The position numbers and the translations under genes were made by a program. Below are positions 13,485 to 15,617 of a DNA stretch of 15,617 nt, in pieces. Numbering within the stretch: the stretch's first letter is position 1; the number at the start of each line of letters is the position of its first letter. The DNA is from Candidatus Heimdallarchaeota archaeon AB_125 (GTDB lineage Archaea > Asgardarchaeota > Heimdallarchaeia > Heimdallarchaeales > Heimdallarchaeaceae). The stretch spans positions 1 through 15,617 of the forward strand of contig MEHH01000030.1 of assembly GCA_001940755.1 (NCBI GenBank). The letters are read 5' to 3'. The notes under the pieces are model-generated. The model saw only the letters and a program-made list of their open reading frames with translations. It was not told where the DNA came from and did not search any database.

Positions 13485-13856
13485 TTATTCATTTACCTCA
13501 ATTCTTACGCCAGAGGACATTTTTAATGATTCGAAGACCTTTAGACCTTTTATTATTTCACCTATATTAGCCATCTTAGAATCAAAACGTTTTTCCTCTA
13601 ACAATATAATTATGGCTTTAGCTTTTGAATCGTAAACAATATCACCCTTTTTACCCAAATTTACTGGTTTTTCAATTGTATAGAGGACATTTGTAGGTAT
13701 GATAAACATTCCTTCTCTTATCAGGCCTCTGGAATTAATGGGTAAATTTCTGTTGATGAGTTCAGTTAAGTGAGGACCTTTGATACGAACTAACTCTCCT
13801 AGTACTTCTCCTTTACCAGGTATAGTAAATTTGATGCTATATCTATCTCCAATCAT
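13485..13856 (-). CDS. Small soluble protein; possibly a cyclophilin-like fold (TM1367/PF04126-type)
   Basis: The ORF is 123 aa with a clean start. The pattern ...LPINSRG...G.FIIPT...EKPVNLGKKGDIVYDSKAKAIIILLEE...ANIGEII.GL..F resembles the family layout I recall. This is a weak, memory-based assignment. Confidence 0.35.
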   Translation of the reverse strand: MIGDRYSIKFTIPGKGEVLGELVRIKGPHLTELINRNLPINSRGLIREGMFIIPTNVLYTIEKPVNLGKKGDIVYDSKAKAIIILLEEKRFDSKMANIGEIIKGLKVFESLKMSSGVRIEVNE

Positions 13857-13984
13857 ATCGAACCTCCAGAATCTGAACCCCTATTTATATTGTTTGATAT
13901 AAAGAGAAGAAAAATAGAAAATAAATAAATAGTTAGCTGAAATATTATATAATATCTAAAAAAATTGATTCATAGTTGATTAGA

Positions 13985-14188
13985 ATGAGTCGCTATATTA
14001 CTCCAATAGAAGATGTGAATGAGCTTCTTTTCGTTTCTGAAGAAGAATCTGACATCAAATGCGGTAAATGCAATAAATTAATGTTCTATACAATCTACTA
14101 TAAGGAGAAAGAGTCATTTGATTTTCTAGTTTGCAAGGATTGTGAAATTTATATGCAAAGAGTAATCCTTGAAGATGATGACTTTTAG
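13985..14188 (+). CDS. Small acidic zinc-ribbon protein (67 aa)
   Basis: The track ORF starts with TTG at 13976, so ATG 13985 is preferred (MSRYITPIEDV...). It has two CxxC pairs (CGKCNKL...CKDCEIY). A TATA-like attatataat sits about 35 nt upstream. Confidence 0.55.
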   Translation: MSRYITPIEDVNELLFVSEEESDIKCGKCNKLMFYTIYYKEKESFDFLVCKDCEIYMQRVILEDDDF

Positions 14189-14246
14189 TTTCACTTAATG
14201 CGTTAAATTTATTAATTCTACATGGTTCATAATATTCGAAGTAAGG

Positions 14247-14328
14247 AGGTGTCATAGACAAAATGATTGCAAGTATAAATTTACAAAAGAATACATTTGT
14301 TTGCGAAAAACTAGTCGCTATGACACCT
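14247..14328. repeat. 11-bp perfect inverted repeat (AGGTGTCATAG ... CTATGACACCT) with a 60-nt spacer in a 242-nt intergenic region
   Basis: Read directly: arms at 14247-14257 and 14318-14328. The left arm overlaps a strong SD-like AAGGAGGTG. Confidence 0.55.
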
Positions 14329-14430
14329 AAGATACTGTTTTGATCTTCAAAGCTTTTTCAGTGTAACCTAGTTTTGCATACACTTGTTGTCTTTTTGTCT
14401 TAACCCCCTCTTTGTGGAAGTGTATCAAAA

Positions 14431-15222
14431 GTGATTAACAGAGAATATCTGGAAAAAAGAGATATTAATAATGAAATTTCAGAGTTATCTACTCAAGAAG
14501 CCTTAGCTGAGGCTATCGAAAATGGACTTTTGGTAGAAGTACAGCAACTAATTGGTCAAGGAAAAGAAGCATTCGTTTGCTGGGGAATAGATAAATATCA
14601 ACAACAGGTTGCTGTAAAGACTTACAAGCTCTATAGGACCACACATCGAGGGATTATACACGGTACCTACCGAACCTCACCTTATGCAGTAATAGCTCAA
14701 TTTGCAAAGCTTGAATATTACAAGAATTTGGATTTACATGAAGCAAGATTACCTGTTCCTCAACCCTACAATTATGCTGGTTTTAGTTATTCTATGCAAC
14801 TAATTGGAGATGAAGAAGGACCTGCTCCTCTGCTAAGTGATCTGAGCAAGAATTTCATTGACGATCCTTCAGACATACTTGAGCAATGTATAGACATTCT
14901 AAGTGATATGTTTAAAGCTAGATATGTTCATGGAGATTTTAGTGAGCATAACCTTCTTTGGTATGAAGATCAAGTCTATGTTATAGATTTTCTTCAAGCA
15001 AAGAACTTTGCTTTGAAGGATGCAGTACGATACGGGTCTCCTCTTATACCACTAACACGGGCATACAGAATCTTGAAAAAAGATCTTAATTCGCTTCTAC
15101 CATTTTTCAAAAGATTGTTCAGAATTGAAGTAGATTATAACGAAGTACTAAATTATGTTATAGGAGATATAAAGGAAAAAATAGACAAGGAACTAGAACT
15201 ACAAGTAGAAGTTAGTTCTTAA
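14431..15222 (+). CDS. RIO-type serine/threonine protein kinase (Rio1-like, no N-terminal wHTH)
   Basis: GQGKEAFVCWG (P-loop-like STGKEA), VAVKTYKLYR (catalytic Lys), YVHGDFSEHNLLW (catalytic loop HGDLSExN) and VYVIDFLQA (metal-binding IDxxQA). GTG 14431 is the only in-frame start after the stop at 14401. Confidence 0.8.
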   Translation: MINREYLEKRDINNEISELSTQEALAEAIENGLLVEVQQLIGQGKEAFVCWGIDKYQQQVAVKTYKLYRTTHRGIIHGTYRTSPYAVIAQFAKLEYYKNLDLHEARLPVPQPYNYAGFSYSMQLIGDEEGPAPLLSDLSKNFIDDPSDILEQCIDILSDMFKARYVHGDFSEHNLLWYEDQVYVIDFLQAKNFALKDAVRYGSPLIPLTRAYRILKKDLNSLLPFFKRLFRIEVDYNEVLNYVIGDIKEKIDKELELQVEVSS

Positions 15223-15236
15223 TCTCCTCTTTTTTA

Positions 15237-15614
15237 TTATGAATTCTGTATTTGTTTAAGAGCACTCAAACCGTACTTATCATCAAGTTTCTTTAAAACC
15301 TTCTCAACTTTTTTGATTTTTCTAGTAGCATCTTCTTTAGTAATCATTTCTGATTTGAGTTGAAATTTTATAACCATCATATCTGACCAAGCTGCTAATC
15401 CCTTATCTTCTGGTTCTTCTAAAGCTAGTTTTGCTGTTTCTTCCAATGTTTTCAAAGAAGTTGAGACATCTCCTTTAATATACTCACTTACACCTAAAAG
15501 CCATTTTGCCCAGAGTAATGGAACTTTGTCATCGATCTTTTGTCTCAATTTATAATCAGCTAAAGCTGCTTGATATCCAGGTTCGATGAATTTTGAATCA
15601 ACACCATCGTCCAT
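15237..15614 (-). CDS. Hypothetical helical protein (125 aa); its start lies 3 nt from the window edge
   Basis: Clean ORF from ATG 15614 (MDDGVDSKFIEPGYQAALADYKL...). I recognised no family. It could extend upstream beyond the window. Confidence 0.45.
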   Translation of the reverse strand: MDDGVDSKFIEPGYQAALADYKLRQKIDDKVPLLWAKWLLGVSEYIKGDVSTSLKTLEETAKLALEEPEDKGLAAWSDMMVIKFQLKSEMITKEDATRKIKKVEKVLKKLDDKYGLSALKQIQNS

Positions 15615-15617
15615 ATT

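Noticed and set aside
12223-13635. Track ORFs 12223..12501, 13235..13426 and 13381..13635 (+)
   Set aside because: Each is antisense to, or spans the junctions of, better-supported minus-strand genes. None has motifs or promoter context.
14055-14261. Track ORF (-) overlapping the 13985..14188 zinc-ribbon gene and the spacer
   Set aside because: It has no motifs, overlaps a better CDS, and runs into the inverted-repeat region.
1-15617. CRISPR arrays, rRNA genes, large tandem repeats
   Set aside because: Reading the intergenic regions showed no regularly spaced direct repeats and no rRNA-like segments. The only repeats seen are short inverted repeats and the protein-level FG-GAP/PbH1 repeats.

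Overview
The window is AT-rich, gene-dense and looks archaeal. Start codons sit about 25-30 nt downstream of TTTATA/TTTAAA-type TATA boxes, so many transcripts are probably leaderless. One tRNA carries a non-canonical intron in its T-loop with a bulge-helix-bulge-like fold. One secreted protein ends in a PEF-CTERM-type sorting signal.

I support 18 coding regions and 3 tRNA genes. Two of the CDS are small ORFs absent from the supplied track. I found no CRISPR array, rRNA, integrase or transposase.

The most interesting locus is 4.4-6.5 kb. It holds a bona fide class-I glutaminyl-tRNA synthetase (GlnRS), which archaea classically lack. This one has an extra ~90-aa N-terminal domain that looks GatB/YqeY-like. 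Its cognate tRNA-Gln(UUG) follows 70 nt downstream on the same strand and contains the T-loop intron. A second tRNA-Gln(CUG) lies 4.5 kb further on.

Between the two tRNA-Gln genes sits a third tRNA-like gene whose anticodon arm only folds with an 8-nt loop.

The other genes are:
- a TARG1/OARD1-like macrodomain
- an integrin-alpha-like FG-GAP surface protein
- a beta-helix surface protein
- two tandem sniffer/C-factor-type short-chain dehydrogenases (SDRs)
- a DNPH1/Rcl-like N-hydrolase fused to a zinc ribbon
- a membrane-anchored alpha/alpha-toroid protein
- a RIO kinase
- a DUF389 membrane protein
- several tiny zinc-ribbon proteins

Several of these are best known from eukaryotes, which suggests an Asgard-like or other deep archaeal lineage. 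That is inference only. All family assignments come from motif recognition by eye; no searches were run.
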